Shown here in pieces: positions 63,801 to 64,000 of a stretch of DNA of 64,000 bases. Source of the stretch: Raillietiella orientalis. Its lineage: Eukaryota. The stretch is from positions 2,046,001-2,110,000 of the forward strand of contig JAYWIR010000002.1 of assembly GCA_036172245.1 (NCBI GenBank), written 5' to 3'. Numbering within the stretch: position 1 is the stretch's first letter; each line of letters starts with the position of its first letter. Both the position numbers and the translations under genes were made by a program. The notes below the pieces were generated by a model that did not search any database, was not told the DNA's origin, and saw nothing but the letters and a program-made list of their open reading frames with translations.

Positions 63801-64000
63801 ATAACGGATCCTGTCACATCCCCCCCCCCCCATCAGTTTGCACTGATCATTAAAGCGACCATCACACTTTCAAACCCCATCAGGGTCTAGCTAGCGGTTA
63901 CTTGGAATAGACAACCTCTTTAACTGCTCTGTAAAGGTGTTCCTGTTATCCAACTTCGAAAAACTGGAAGCTCTATCATGTTTGAAGGAAATTATGCTGA

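Noticed and set aside
1..64000. Prokaryotic operons, CRISPR arrays, rRNA, tRNA or snRNA genes
   Set aside because: Both real genes are spliceosomal, and no repeat-spacer array or recognisable structural RNA was seen by eye. Infernal and tRNAscan were not run.

Overview
Eukaryotic, intron-containing invertebrate DNA. Many 46-100 nt GT-AG introns and abundant piggyBac relics suggest a clade I nematode such as Trichuris, but that is inference only. Two intact genes can be spliced by hand. One is a 9-exon high-affinity choline transporter (cho-1/SLC5A7, minus strand, 29375-34761, 591 aa). The other is a divergently oriented 10-exon gene (plus strand, about 40834-45748, about 547 aa) encoding an EGF-like domain, 7 predicted TM helices, a RING-CH (MARCH-type) E3 ligase finger and 2 further TM helices. 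Almost all remaining sequence reads as decayed transposons of two kinds: very GC-rich L1/Tx1-like non-LTR retrotransposon fossils (about 15 pieces) and AT-richer piggyBac transposase fossils (about 17 pieces). The LINE family has a conserved 3' end (AATAAA plus a GC hairpin, no poly-A tail) and often lies head-to-tail. Base composition switches sharply at kb scale, even between exons of one gene. Fossil calls rest on degenerate motifs read by eye across frameshifts, and their boundaries are approximate. No rRNA, tRNA or CRISPR array was seen.
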